DNA from: Candidatus Poribacteria bacterium
Lineage (GTDB): Bacteria > Poribacteria > WGA-4E > WGA-3G
Reading direction: 5' to 3'
Length of the DNA: 64,000 nucleotides
NCBI GenBank assembly: GCA_965205025.1
Contig: CBDBFU010000007.1
Coordinates: 1-64,000 of the forward strand
The notes below the pieces were generated by a model. It did not search any database and was not told the DNA's origin. It was given only the letters and a program-made list of their open reading frames with translations. This document shows, piece by piece, positions 11,105-21,403 of this stretch; the first letter of the stretch is position 1, and each line of letters opens with the position of its first letter. A program made the position numbers and the translations under genes.

Positions 11105-12100
11105 TTATCCGCCGATTCTTGACATATTCCGTTCAGGTTTAATAAAGTCTACAGCATTAATCTTATGTCCTGCTTCTTTATTGGCAACTGCTTCAATTAT
11201 TAGATCTTGAATTGTTTCGTCCGATGCTCCTTGTCGTAACGGTGTAAGTAAGTCAGTTTCTGTTATAGAAAAAAGGCAAGTTCGGAATTTCCCATCTGCA
11301 GTGAGACGAATTCGGTTGCAGTTATCACAAAAAGGTTCGCTAACAGAAGGTATGACACCTATCTCATTTCCGTTATCAGCGAAGCGGTAACGTTGTGCGG
11401 TATCACTTTTAGCATCTCCATTTAGGTTCATCTGTTCAAGTGGGTAAACATTGTTTATTCTTTCAATAATTTCTTTCCCAGGAATGAACATGTTCCGTCC
11501 CCAAATATCATCTGCATCTAATGGCATAAACTCAATGAACCGCAATTGGTAATGGTTATCCCGTGCGAAAGTAGCTAAATCTACTATTTCATCATCTGTG
11601 AACCCGCGCATTGCAACAGCGTTGACTTTAATTGGATTGAACCCGCATTCGTGTGCTGTTTTCAATCCTTTCAACACCCGTGAGAGTACTTTTCGTCGAG
11701 TCATCTGCTCAAATTTCTCTTCATTGAGTGTATCCAAACTGACATTTATTCGACGCAATCCTGCATCGTATAGTGCTTGTGCTTGTGTAATTAGTCCAAT
11801 TCCGTTTGTTGTTAGACTAATGTCCTTCAATTCGTCTAACTGTCCCAGTTGTTCTATGAGTTGTGGCACCCCTGGACGGACGAGTGGTTCACCCCCTGTG
11901 ATTCGAAGTTTGTTGACCCCTAACCCGACAAAAATGTGTGTGAAATGAAGAATCTCGTCATAGGTCATCAACGATGTATCTGGCATGAAAACCATATCTT
12001 CTGGCATACAGTAGATACAACGGAAGTTACATACATCTGTAACGGAGATTCTGAGGTTGGTATGGAGACGCCCAAAACTATCAAGCAGTTGTTGTTTCAT
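11105..12100 (-). CDS. moaA: GTP 3',8-cyclase MoaA
   Basis: LRISVTDVCNFRCIYCMP, FCDNCNRIRLTADGKFRTCL, C-terminal MSRIGG. Confidence 0.97.
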   Translation of the reverse strand: MKQQLLDSFGRLHTNLRISVTDVCNFRCIYCMPEDMVFMPDTSLMTYDEILHFTHIFVGLGVNKLRITGGEPLVRPGVPQLIEQLGQLDELKDISLTTNGIGLITQAQALYDAGLRRINVSLDTLNEEKFEQMTRRKVLSRVLKGLKTAHECGFNPIKVNAVAMRGFTDDEIVDLATFARDNHYQLRFIEFMPLDADDIWGRNMFIPGKEIIERINNVYPLEQMNLNGDAKSDTAQRYRFADNGNEIGVIPSVSEPFCDNCNRIRLTADGKFRTCLFSITETDLLTPLRQGASDETIQDLIIEAVANKEAGHKINAVDFIKPERNMSRIGG

Positions 12101-12329
12101 CGTTCAATCAAGGGATGTGAATTTTCTTTAAGTATAGCATACTCTTAACCTGTTTGCAAGTCTTTTCTAAAGTAAACACTATAAAAAAGATTTGGTATGA
12201 TTACCTGTTTCACAGAACATGTTTTAAAGGGTTTAGGTTGTTTAGGAAGGATCGTAGATATGTATGTCTTTGTTAGTTTTCAGTTGACAGGGATAGGTCT
12301 GTTGTTTAAAATAAGCTTAAAACAATAAT

Positions 12330-12704
12330 ATGGAGAAGACCATGGAAGAGAAAGTAATCCATGCGGGTGGTGTAGAATTCCACGTGGATAATCGTGATTT
12401 CGGAGATGATGGCGGACCATCTGTGCGTGTTTACGGGAAAGTTGAGGGTGAAAATATCCAACTACTTCGTTTTGACTGTTTCCGCAAGAATCCCCACTAT
12501 CATTACGATCCAACTGGAAAAAATGACCATCGAAACCTTGATAAAGAGAGTGTACCGGATTCTGTTGCTTGGACAATTGAACAACTCGGACAGAATCTCG
12601 CGGAGATGATACATACCGCCGGATATACAAGTATAGCAGACAAGGTTGACCAAGATGCGGTGGTTGAAATACTTCCAGAAATAGAGTCTATTATGCGGGG
12701 TTAA
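12330..12704 (+). CDS. Conserved-looking hypothetical protein
   Basis: Motif LLRFDCFRKNPHYHYDP; good RBS and protein-like composition. Confidence 0.7.
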   Translation: MEKTMEEKVIHAGGVEFHVDNRDFGDDGGPSVRVYGKVEGENIQLLRFDCFRKNPHYHYDPTGKNDHRNLDKESVPDSVAWTIEQLGQNLAEMIHTAGYTSIADKVDQDAVVEILPEIESIMRG

Positions 12705-12750
12705 TGTAATTAATCAACAGAAATGAGAGATATTGTAAAGGAGAATAACA

Positions 12751-13416
12751 GTGTATAGAATTATCATATTTACTGTACTATTTGTTACCCTGTTGATAGG
12801 GTATAACGTTTTTGCTGGTACAGTGCAGAAGTTAGGTGCCTGGGAAAAAGGGGAATTATTACTCGAAAACCATAGTTTTGAAGATGATTTAGCAGGATGG
12901 GAATTGGAAGATGGAAAGTGCTGTGATCGTGGTGGAGAATACAAAATGGAAATAGACAAGAAAAATCCTCAGCATGGAGACAAGAGTCTAAAAATCATCG
13001 GTGTTAAAGCAACTGGCACAGCGTGGCATGCCAAGATAAAACAAAGGGATGTATCTATGGAAAAGGGTGAAGAATACACCGTTATTTTCTGGGCACGTTC
13101 TGAGAAGCCTCGTCAGGTAAGTCTAAATATTCAGATGCAACATGATCCGTGGACATTTTGGCAAGGTGGAAATATAGATCTTTTGGGACCGGAGTGGCAG
13201 GAATATTTTATTACCTTCATAGCTAAGGATACGGTAGTGAATGACATGTGGGTAGGTTTATCCATTGCACAGTCTGATGTGGATTTTTGGCTTGATAATT
13301 TCCGTTATTTTGAAGGAGAACCTAAAGATGATTTGTCGCGAGATGAACCGTTTCCTGTTGATGCGAAAGAAAAATTGACCACACAATGGGCATCCGTAAA
13401 AGGAGATCGTTTCTAA
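12751..13416 (+). CDS. Secreted carbohydrate-binding (CBM4/9-like) protein with Poribacteria-type C-terminal tag
   Basis: Signal peptide; NHSFEDDLAGW..YTVIFWARSE..FWLDNFR; ends PVDAKEKLTTQWASVK. Confidence 0.8.
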   Translation: MYRIIIFTVLFVTLLIGYNVFAGTVQKLGAWEKGELLLENHSFEDDLAGWELEDGKCCDRGGEYKMEIDKKNPQHGDKSLKIIGVKATGTAWHAKIKQRDVSMEKGEEYTVIFWARSEKPRQVSLNIQMQHDPWTFWQGGNIDLLGPEWQEYFITFIAKDTVVNDMWVGLSIAQSDVDFWLDNFRYFEGEPKDDLSRDEPFPVDAKEKLTTQWASVKGDRF

Positions 13417-13592
13417 AGAAGTTTTCTAAGGTATAACCGTTACGTTCTTACAGGTAGGGTGTGGCGGTTTTTAATTTAATTTAGGATTAGGATATGATTA
13501 TAAACTGAATAGAGGAATACTATGACAGAAGATGAAAAGATTATTCGACATCTTGAGATGATTCTGGGAATAATTAACCGATTGGGACGTAT

Positions 13593-14927
13593 TTATTCCT
13601 CATAACCCGATCTATCTGTGTTCCCACCATACTTCAGTGTATAGATTATCAAGTTTGTCATGAACCGATACACATCTGTAGACCGTCGAAGTCTTAACAT
13701 AGTTCGGCTTTCGATTTCTGCGGTTTCCATAGCACACATATAATCTTTTCGATTGAAAATAACTGTTAACCGACCATCTATAATAATACCTTTCTGATAA
13801 CGGAACTTTGTAGGTTGTGCATTGTTCTCGTTTCCCCAGAACACATCACCACCATTGGGTGGTTTCTTTAGGTGATAATAAATAGTGTAGATTTCATGGT
13901 CATGTGGAATTATTTCAAGTGGATAATCTGGGAAAATCCGTTCTAATTCTTCAGCAACAATATGTGCAAAAAGTCCGTGAAAACCGCAATCATCAAAAAA
14001 TAGCATACCACCTTCATGAACAATATATTTTCGTAGGGCTGCACGTTCAGTCTCTGTAAAACCTGTTTGCAGCGGACCATCTTTTACTAACCTACGTCCA
14101 ACTGTTATATCTTTATCATGTCCGGTCATGACAATAAGTGGTGCCTTTAATATTCTGGGATCTGTTAGTGTTAAAGATCCTCCTTGATAGTTCATATCTG
14201 TCCGTATGGAAGTATGTTTATCCATCCATTTCATTAGAGCAGGTAAAGCAGTTGGATCTTGCCACCAATCCGAAAGTGAATGTTTAAGACGTATAATCCG
14301 AATGTGACCACGGAAATCATCACTTGTACCCTCTAAAATTGCCCCTAATTCTCCTTGTGGTAGCATTACAGGATTTTGCATAATGGCAGAATCGAAATCT
14401 CCACGTAAACCACCCTGAGTCAATGGACCTTCTACGAATTCAGCAAATGCCCCGTTCGTAGCAGTATTCAATTCTGGACGGATTGGGGTAGTGGATCGTG
14501 TTTTTATTCGTGTAGGTATGGATGGGGTTACAGTTCCTCTTACTGGCGTTCTTTGAGAAGTTCTATCTGGCCGTTGTACTTCTGTTCGTAAAGTTGGTGT
14601 AGATGTGTCGGGAGAATCCAATATATCTGTATTCAACATGGGTGTGTTCGATGTAATGTTGAGTGAAGTATCGCTTTTGGAGAGATGTGTATTGGCAGGG
14701 ATGTGTACTTGTAAGGGGTTTACAGGTTTCTGTGAATCTGATGGATTTAATCTTCTATGGGTACGTCTTATAGTATCTCTTGCGGAAGTGGGTTTGACGA
14801 ACCTAACATCCATCCCATCTCCATTAAATGTCCAATAGTGGTCAGATATGAAAAGACCGATAATTGCAGCAATGATGAGATGAATTAAGATTGAGGCAAT
14901 CACAGCGTTAAGACGTTTATTTTTCAT
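13593..14927 (-). CDS. DUF4159 domain protein with N-terminal anchor and Pro/Thr-rich linker
   Basis: DWWQDPTALPAL, PLIVMTGH, LRKYIVHEGGMLFFDDCG, IPHDHEIY. Confidence 0.82.
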   Translation of the reverse strand: MKNKRLNAVIASILIHLIIAAIIGLFISDHYWTFNGDGMDVRFVKPTSARDTIRRTHRRLNPSDSQKPVNPLQVHIPANTHLSKSDTSLNITSNTPMLNTDILDSPDTSTPTLRTEVQRPDRTSQRTPVRGTVTPSIPTRIKTRSTTPIRPELNTATNGAFAEFVEGPLTQGGLRGDFDSAIMQNPVMLPQGELGAILEGTSDDFRGHIRIIRLKHSLSDWWQDPTALPALMKWMDKHTSIRTDMNYQGGSLTLTDPRILKAPLIVMTGHDKDITVGRRLVKDGPLQTGFTETERAALRKYIVHEGGMLFFDDCGFHGLFAHIVAEELERIFPDYPLEIIPHDHEIYTIYYHLKKPPNGGDVFWGNENNAQPTKFRYQKGIIIDGRLTVIFNRKDYMCAMETAEIESRTMLRLRRSTDVYRFMTNLIIYTLKYGGNTDRSGYEE

Positions 14928-14933
14928 GATTTC

Positions 14934-15503
14934 TTATAAGTGACGTTTTATTTGATGAAAACTTTTTGGATCTAACTTCCGATAATCGGGTATGTCATAG
15001 CGATTCCCGCGTATGTCGGTTACAAACAAACGTGCTGGAGGAGTTTGCTTTATATTTTGATTCAATCCACGCACCATAAATGTCACGCGACCCCGTTCTG
15101 TTTTTACGTTCCATTCATGAATGCCGAAGTGCTCTTTGACACGGTATATTTTCTGAATTGTTGGTGTGAAATATCGTTTGTCCAATTCCTCATTGAGTAT
15201 TTTCAAACTATCCTTTGACAATTCAGAGGGGTTCACAAGAACACCAATTTCGGTATCTTCATCTGCAGCAAGTGAGATATATTGTTCAGGATTGCTAAGT
15301 GGCATGAGTCTCCGCACTACGACTCGGAGATGGCATGCTTCATCCTTGATCTCAAGCCTCGCTGTCCCTGCTGGAGAACGCGTAAAGGTTAGATCAGCAG
15401 CCTTCATGAATCGTTGTGTGGAATTATTATCCGTCTCAGAAGTTTTTTTCTCTATAGTTTGATGTTCTGGTTTTATTTTTTCTTCAGTATTCTTAATTTG
15501 CAT
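14934..15503 (-). CDS. DUF1854 domain protein
   Basis: RRLMPLSNPEQYISL..EIG..EELDKRYFTPTI..WNVKTERG..DIRGNRY; next to an ABC transporter as is typical. Confidence 0.88.
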   Translation of the reverse strand: MQIKNTEEKIKPEHQTIEKKTSETDNNSTQRFMKAADLTFTRSPAGTARLEIKDEACHLRVVVRRLMPLSNPEQYISLAADEDTEIGVLVNPSELSKDSLKILNEELDKRYFTPTIQKIYRVKEHFGIHEWNVKTERGRVTFMVRGLNQNIKQTPPARLFVTDIRGNRYDIPDYRKLDPKSFHQIKRHL

Positions 15504-15505
15504 AT

Positions 15506-17824
15506 CTATCTCTCGACAATTTGTGCATCGGCGCGTATGTCAGCTGCTTCACGTTGGGTCTCTACAAGTTTGAAGTAGATTCCCTTTTTCTGCATGAGTT
15601 CTTCATGGGACCCACACTCAACACCTTTACCTTTTTCAATGACAAATAGGCGATCAGCATTTCGTAGGGTAGATAGACGGTGTGCAATTGCAAATGTAGT
15701 CCGATTTTTTACGAGTCTGTCAATTGCTTGTTGAATTTCTTTCTCAGTTTCTACATCAACTGATGAGGTTGCTTCATCAAGAATAAGGATACGAGGATTA
15801 TGTAATATTGCGCGGGCAATTGAGATACGTTGTCTTTCACCCCCGGATAAACTTCCGCCCCGTTCACCGACTTCTGTGTCATACCCGTCAGGGAATTTAA
15901 CGATGAAATCGTGTGCATTCGCAGCTTTTGCAGCAGTTATGATATCGTCCATTGAAGCGTCAGGATGTGCATACGAAATGTTTTCCGCTATTGTTCCACT
16001 AAACAAGTAGGGATCCTGAAGTACGACACCAATCTGCCTTCGTAGATCCTTCAGGTCAATCTGCTTTATGTCTTCCCCATCAATTTCCAACTGTCCTGAA
16101 TCGGGTGTATAAAAACGACAAATTAGGTTGATAAGAGTTGATTTTCCAGCTCCTGAATGTCCAACAAGACCAATCATTTCACCGGGTTGGACGTGTAGAT
16201 TGATGTCTCGAAGCACAGGTTTGTGTGAATCATATCCGAATGTCATGTTGTGGAATTTTACCTCTCCTGAGATGTTTGGTATTTCTTTAAGATTGCCATC
16301 ATCAAGCTGCTCAGGTTGAGAATCTACCACTTCAAATAGTCTTTCGGCTGCTGTCATAGATCGTGATGCCCAATTTATAAGTGGACTCACATATCGTAAG
16401 GGTTCATAGAACATAGCGAGATACATAAGGAAAGTCATAAGTCTTCCAAGAGTCATCTCTCCTCCAATAACATTAAGCCCACCATAATACCATACAATGA
16501 GAGAACCCAATCCAACAGCAAACATGAGGGGAGGGTAATATGTTGCCCAGATTAACTCCGCATTCGTTTCATAGTCGCGTGCATCTGTGTTAGCATCGTC
16601 AAATCTGTCGACTTCACTGTTTTGTTGTCCGAATGCGCGAACAACCCGTATGCCTGAGACAGAATCGTTGACAACATCAAACAATTTTGACCGACGACGC
16701 CAAGCACGATGCCAGAGACTTCGTACTGTTCGGTAGAACCAACCCCCTCCCAAAACAATTATAGGAATTGGTAAAAGAATTAGGCATGTCAATTGCCAAT
16801 TCATGAGAAACAATATCGTACCAATCCCAAAAAACATAAAAAACTGCGTACTCAGGAACGACATTCCTTCCAATAGAAAATCCTGTAATCGTTCACTATC
16901 TTCGGTAATATGTGATATGACAGTACCAGTTGTCCGTTTGTCGAAAAACCGGATGGAGAGGTTGTGTAAATGTTCATAAACATGTGCGCGTATACTTGCG
17001 GATATTCGTAGCGATAACCATGCAGCAAGCCGTGATCTAAAAATATCAAGCAAAACCCGAGTTAACTGTACTACCAATAATACCCCTACAGCAATGGATA
17101 GAGCAAAGGATACGGGTTGTAAACCTCTGAATATATTACCTATCCAAGTTGTTTGGTTATCAGGTACAGGTGTAGTAAGACTAACTTGCAAAATATCATC
17201 AATTAAGACTTGTGTAAAATATGGCATAATGAGATTCATCAATGTACCGCTGATGACTAATCCCATATAGAGTATCACTCTCCCACGATAGGGTCGAACA
17301 TAACTCATTATCCGCAACATTACCTTATGTTTCTTAGTGCACGCGGGACACGGTGTATACTCATCTGCTAAGAGCAATCCACAGGATTTACAGTAATGTT
17401 CCTCAATCTTGTAATCCCAGATTGGTGGTTCATCCCGATTGCCTTTTAGGAATTCAATTTCATCTCCTATGAACCTTGCAACAAACCCAAATTTAGGAGC
17501 ACAGCTGTTGGAGTAACGAATTAGGTCTACAGTTCCTTCTTTGGTTTCCAATACAAGCAATCCGGCATCAACTACGTTTTCAGCCCGGATACCTAATACA
17601 CTTTTATAGGGTATATAGTGAATTACTTCACCTGCTCCTGTTACTGTGAAAATAGCTGCATCTGTAAGTATGAACCATTCTTCACCAAATGTGCCTGATG
17701 ATATGACATCACTGCGGACAGCAAATCGTATCTCCTTAAATTCGATATCCAGAGTATTTAGTGTATCTTCTATTGACTTGGGCAACGCATCAAGCGTGCC
17801 CGTGGGTGTGTCTGCTGTTGACAT
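15506..17824 (-). CDS. ABC transporter, fused permease/ATPase, with N-terminal extension and CxxC..CxxC motif
   Basis: GHSGAGKST, LSGGERQR, ILDEATSSVD; CKSCG..CPAC. Confidence 0.93.
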   Translation of the reverse strand: MSTADTPTGTLDALPKSIEDTLNTLDIEFKEIRFAVRSDVISSGTFGEEWFILTDAAIFTVTGAGEVIHYIPYKSVLGIRAENVVDAGLLVLETKEGTVDLIRYSNSCAPKFGFVARFIGDEIEFLKGNRDEPPIWDYKIEEHYCKSCGLLLADEYTPCPACTKKHKVMLRIMSYVRPYRGRVILYMGLVISGTLMNLIMPYFTQVLIDDILQVSLTTPVPDNQTTWIGNIFRGLQPVSFALSIAVGVLLVVQLTRVLLDIFRSRLAAWLSLRISASIRAHVYEHLHNLSIRFFDKRTTGTVISHITEDSERLQDFLLEGMSFLSTQFFMFFGIGTILFLMNWQLTCLILLPIPIIVLGGGWFYRTVRSLWHRAWRRRSKLFDVVNDSVSGIRVVRAFGQQNSEVDRFDDANTDARDYETNAELIWATYYPPLMFAVGLGSLIVWYYGGLNVIGGEMTLGRLMTFLMYLAMFYEPLRYVSPLINWASRSMTAAERLFEVVDSQPEQLDDGNLKEIPNISGEVKFHNMTFGYDSHKPVLRDINLHVQPGEMIGLVGHSGAGKSTLINLICRFYTPDSGQLEIDGEDIKQIDLKDLRRQIGVVLQDPYLFSGTIAENISYAHPDASMDDIITAAKAANAHDFIVKFPDGYDTEVGERGGSLSGGERQRISIARAILHNPRILILDEATSSVDVETEKEIQQAIDRLVKNRTTFAIAHRLSTLRNADRLFVIEKGKGVECGSHEELMQKKGIYFKLVETQREAADIRADAQIVER

Positions 17825-18049
17825 GTATTCCTTAGATGTAGTTGGTATGTTACGCGTACCATATTAATGTGAGTTCTATATAAGATAAATAAGGTATTAA
17901 TTTCTTAAATCCTGCCTTCACAATCACACATAAGATAAACTTGTTCAATCAAAGCATTATGGGGATATAGGGATCGGATTCCCTCCTACAGAAGATCCTA
18001 TGGTTCAGTTGAAACCGCTCCTACCAAAAAAGTAATTAAGTCCAATGGT

Positions 18050-19201
18050 CTATACAGGAATCGAATGTTTATCTAAGACCTCTTCGTTAATTTCAATACC
18101 AAGTCCCGGTTTAGTTGGTGGTATGATGTATCCATTTTCCCATTGGATTGGTTCTTTAAGTAATTCTGCATGAAAGCCATCCCACATGTGAATTCCCTCT
18201 TGAATGAGAAAATTAGGACTACAAACATCCAACTGTATATTTGCTGCACCACCGATGGGACCACCGTACATGTGTGGTGCGATCTGTGCATAATGTGCTT
18301 CACCCATAGAAGCAATTTTCTTCGATTCAAGGATACCACCACTAATTGTTAAATCCATCTGTAATATAGATGCTGCTTGTTGTTCCAATAGATCTGCAAA
18401 CTCATACTTCGTCAACAAACGTTCACCTGTTGCTATTGGGATGCTGGTAGCTTGTGCAACACGTGCCATCTCCTTAATATTCTCAGGTGGTATAGGTTCC
18501 TCAAACCATAACGGATCATACTGTTCGACCCGTTTAGCGAAACGGATAGCACTATTCGTGTTGAATTGTCCATGTGTACCAATGAGAATGTCACATTTAT
18601 CCCCAACTGCATCGCGTATCCCACGGATGACACTTTCTGCATAGTCAAGTGTTTCCAATCTATCTGCTGTACTTGGACTAACAGGATCAAATTTGACTGC
18701 GGTAAACCCTTTTTCTACATAAGAGAGAGCGACTTCTCCTGTTTTTTCTGGTGAGTCCCCATGTCGCCAGTGCAATAGATATGAATATGCCCTCAATTTC
18801 TCATGGAACATACCTCCCAATAGATTATAGATTGGTTGGTCGAGAGCTTTTCCGACGATGTCCCAACACGCCATTTCAATTGCGCTCATCGCAGGTGTGG
18901 CAAGCGGACCAGGATGTCTTACACACGGACCTTCATAAAGTGTAGACCATATTTTTTCTATACGGAAGGGGTCATTTCCAATGAGGTAACGTTCACCCCA
19001 ATCTTTGATTAGTTCAATGACAACATGGTTCAGTCTTGTATGGTATGTACATTCTCCAAAACCTTCAATTCCTTCATCGGTAATAAGTTTAACAAATATC
19101 CAATGTCTTCCACCCCAATGTGGTGGTGGCACATCCACCATGTACGTTTTTACATCAACAATTTTCATGGTTAACTCCTTTGGAACAGCGGACAGATTCA
19201 A
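18050..19201 (-). CDS. Mandelate racemase/muconate lactonizing enzyme family (DgoD-like) enolase
   Basis: SAIEMACWDIVGK, KGFTAVKFD, WFEEP, PIATGERL, IAPH. Confidence 0.92.
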   Translation of the reverse strand: MNLSAVPKELTMKIVDVKTYMVDVPPPHWGGRHWIFVKLITDEGIEGFGECTYHTRLNHVVIELIKDWGERYLIGNDPFRIEKIWSTLYEGPCVRHPGPLATPAMSAIEMACWDIVGKALDQPIYNLLGGMFHEKLRAYSYLLHWRHGDSPEKTGEVALSYVEKGFTAVKFDPVSPSTADRLETLDYAESVIRGIRDAVGDKCDILIGTHGQFNTNSAIRFAKRVEQYDPLWFEEPIPPENIKEMARVAQATSIPIATGERLLTKYEFADLLEQQAASILQMDLTISGGILESKKIASMGEAHYAQIAPHMYGGPIGGAANIQLDVCSPNFLIQEGIHMWDGFHAELLKEPIQWENGYIIPPTKPGLGIEINEEVLDKHSIPV

Positions 19202-19351
19202 TATAAATTCATTATACCGAATCTGATGAAATTATACATTAAAACTTCGGTGTTTTCCAACTGACATGAAGAAATGTAAATGTGAGTTTAATGTATTAGG
19301 TCATAATCTGATTGATTATCCTTATGTTATGTGTGAAAATAGGTATAGAAT

Positions 19352-20701
19352 ATGGATGTTAGGATTAATATGAAAGACGATAAAAGATCAATTTTCGGTT
19401 GGTGTATGTATGATTGGGCAAATTCAGCATACATTACAACAGTTGGTGTTGCCTTATTACCCATCTATTTCGCTGAAGGAATTGTCGGTGTAGATGGTGT
19501 GGAGATTCTTGGACAGACATTCAGTGCTACAGCCTTATGGGGTTTCATGCTTGGAACTGCAGCACTGATAGTATTTCTGTTTGCCCCGATGCTCGGTTCA
19601 ATAGCGGATTTCTCTTCAGCCAAGAAACGATTTCTCATATTTTTTGCTTACTCTGGTAGCCTTTTTGCTATTCTCCTTGTTTTTTGTAGTCCACGGGATG
19701 CTACTGGTCCAGGAGATGTTTGGTTAGCAATTATCTTATATATCTGTACACAAGTTTGCTTTATCGGTGGCAATGTCTTCTACGATGCTTTTTTACCAGA
19801 ACTCACTTCTGAAGATAAACTTGATTCCGTATCAGCAAAAGGATTTGCCTATGGTTATATTGGGGGATCTATACAATTTGGCATAGCACTTGTGCTTGTC
19901 TCTATGCATAAGACTTTCGGTATTCAGAATCAAACGTTGGCTGTCCGTATTGCTATGGGTATGTCTGGATTATGGTGGGCAGGTTGGACATTAGTCACGA
20001 TAAAATACCTAAAAGAACAAGAAACTCAGCATGAGTTACCCGAACAATATCGCCATCTACCCAAAATCATTGGTTATATTTCATTAGGTTTCAGTCGTTT
20101 ACTCACTACAGCAAATAAAGTTGGGAATTTTAGGAACCTGACTCTATTCTTGATTGCATATATGGTATATAACGATGGAATTCACACTGTCACCAGTATG
20201 GGTACCATATATGGGAAAGAGGAATTGGGGTTAACAAACCCCCAGCTGATGGTAACACTTCTACTTATCCAACTTGTTGCTTTTATAGGAGCATTGATCT
20301 TCGGTAGAGTTGCTAATAGTATAGGTGCGAGACGTTCTGTCATGGTCTCTTTAGTCCTTTGGAGTGCAGTGGTAATTTATGGGTATTTTATCCATACTGC
20401 TACAGAATTCTTTATCTTAGGAATAACTGTTGGTTTTGTTCTTGGAGGCACACAAGCCCTTAGTCGATCTTTCTATGGTGCGATGATACCCGAAAACGCA
20501 AGTGCGGAGTTTTATGGATTTTATTCTGTTTTCAGTAAGTTTTCTGCTATTTTGGGACCAATTACATTTGGCTTAATCCGACAGATTACAGGAACTGCTC
20601 GGTTGGCGATTATATCCTTAATGGTATTTTTTATTCTTGGATTTATTCTTCTCGCTTTTGTAAATGAGGAAAAGGCGAAATCAGAAAAATTGTCTTATTG
20701 A
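19352..20701 (+). CDS. MFS transporter (UMF1/ATG22 type)
   Basis: GWCMYDWANSAY, NVFYDAFLP, GYIGG, YNDGI, GGTQALSRS. Confidence 0.93.
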   Translation: MDVRINMKDDKRSIFGWCMYDWANSAYITTVGVALLPIYFAEGIVGVDGVEILGQTFSATALWGFMLGTAALIVFLFAPMLGSIADFSSAKKRFLIFFAYSGSLFAILLVFCSPRDATGPGDVWLAIILYICTQVCFIGGNVFYDAFLPELTSEDKLDSVSAKGFAYGYIGGSIQFGIALVLVSMHKTFGIQNQTLAVRIAMGMSGLWWAGWTLVTIKYLKEQETQHELPEQYRHLPKIIGYISLGFSRLLTTANKVGNFRNLTLFLIAYMVYNDGIHTVTSMGTIYGKEELGLTNPQLMVTLLLIQLVAFIGALIFGRVANSIGARRSVMVSLVLWSAVVIYGYFIHTATEFFILGITVGFVLGGTQALSRSFYGAMIPENASAEFYGFYSVFSKFSAILGPITFGLIRQITGTARLAIISLMVFFILGFILLAFVNEEKAKSEKLSY

Positions 20702-20794
20702 CAGGTCTATTTGTCATATAGGTATATAAAATTCACGTGTATGCACCCTTTCTGAAGATCTTTGTGGCATTAATTATATGGAAATGGAGCAAGT

Positions 20795-21403
20795 ATGAAT
20801 AACGATAGTCAAAGCAGTTACAGTCGCTGGGGATTACCAGAGTTTTCAAAATTACGACTTGGAAAGGGTAAGACAAACGATATTGAATTTTCCGATGATG
20901 GATCTCAGTTTGCTGTTGCGACCCCTACAGGTATATGGGTATATGATGCTAAGACAGGGAAAGAACTGTCTCTTTTACAAAATCCTGGTACTGGTATTCG
21001 TACAATAGCATTTTCACCAGATAGTAAAATTATCGCTGCTGCATCAAACAACAGGCTGGAAGGAAAAATTCAGTTTTGGGATGTAAACAAGCAAAAACTC
21101 CTTACAACTATAGAAGCACAACAAGGAATAACCACTCTATTTTTCTCAGATGATGGAACGCAACTTGCTTCAACAGGTAGTTTTGGACGTGTTGAAATAT
21201 GGGATGTAAGCAATACACTGAAACCTGAAGTCATTAGGCAAGTTCGATTAGAACAGATAGAAAGTTGGGGGCAGTCACAATTAGCGGAACTTTCTCCTGA
21301 TATGCGTTTCTTGGCTATAACTAAACCAGATTGGAAACACAAGTATTTTCCAATTTATCTCTATGATAAAAAATATACATTGAAGAAATCAAAAATAAAA
21401 TGA
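20795..21403 (+). pseudogene. Truncated WD40-repeat protein
   Basis: WGLPEFSKLRLGKG..FSDDG..GIWVYD; ends after about 4 repeats and runs into AT-rich non-coding DNA. Confidence 0.7.

Noticed and set aside
1-12100. Functional link of sufS and moaA to the selenoprotein array
   Set aside because: They lie 27 kb or more away with unrelated genes between, and no sel genes or tRNA-Sec were recognised in the window.
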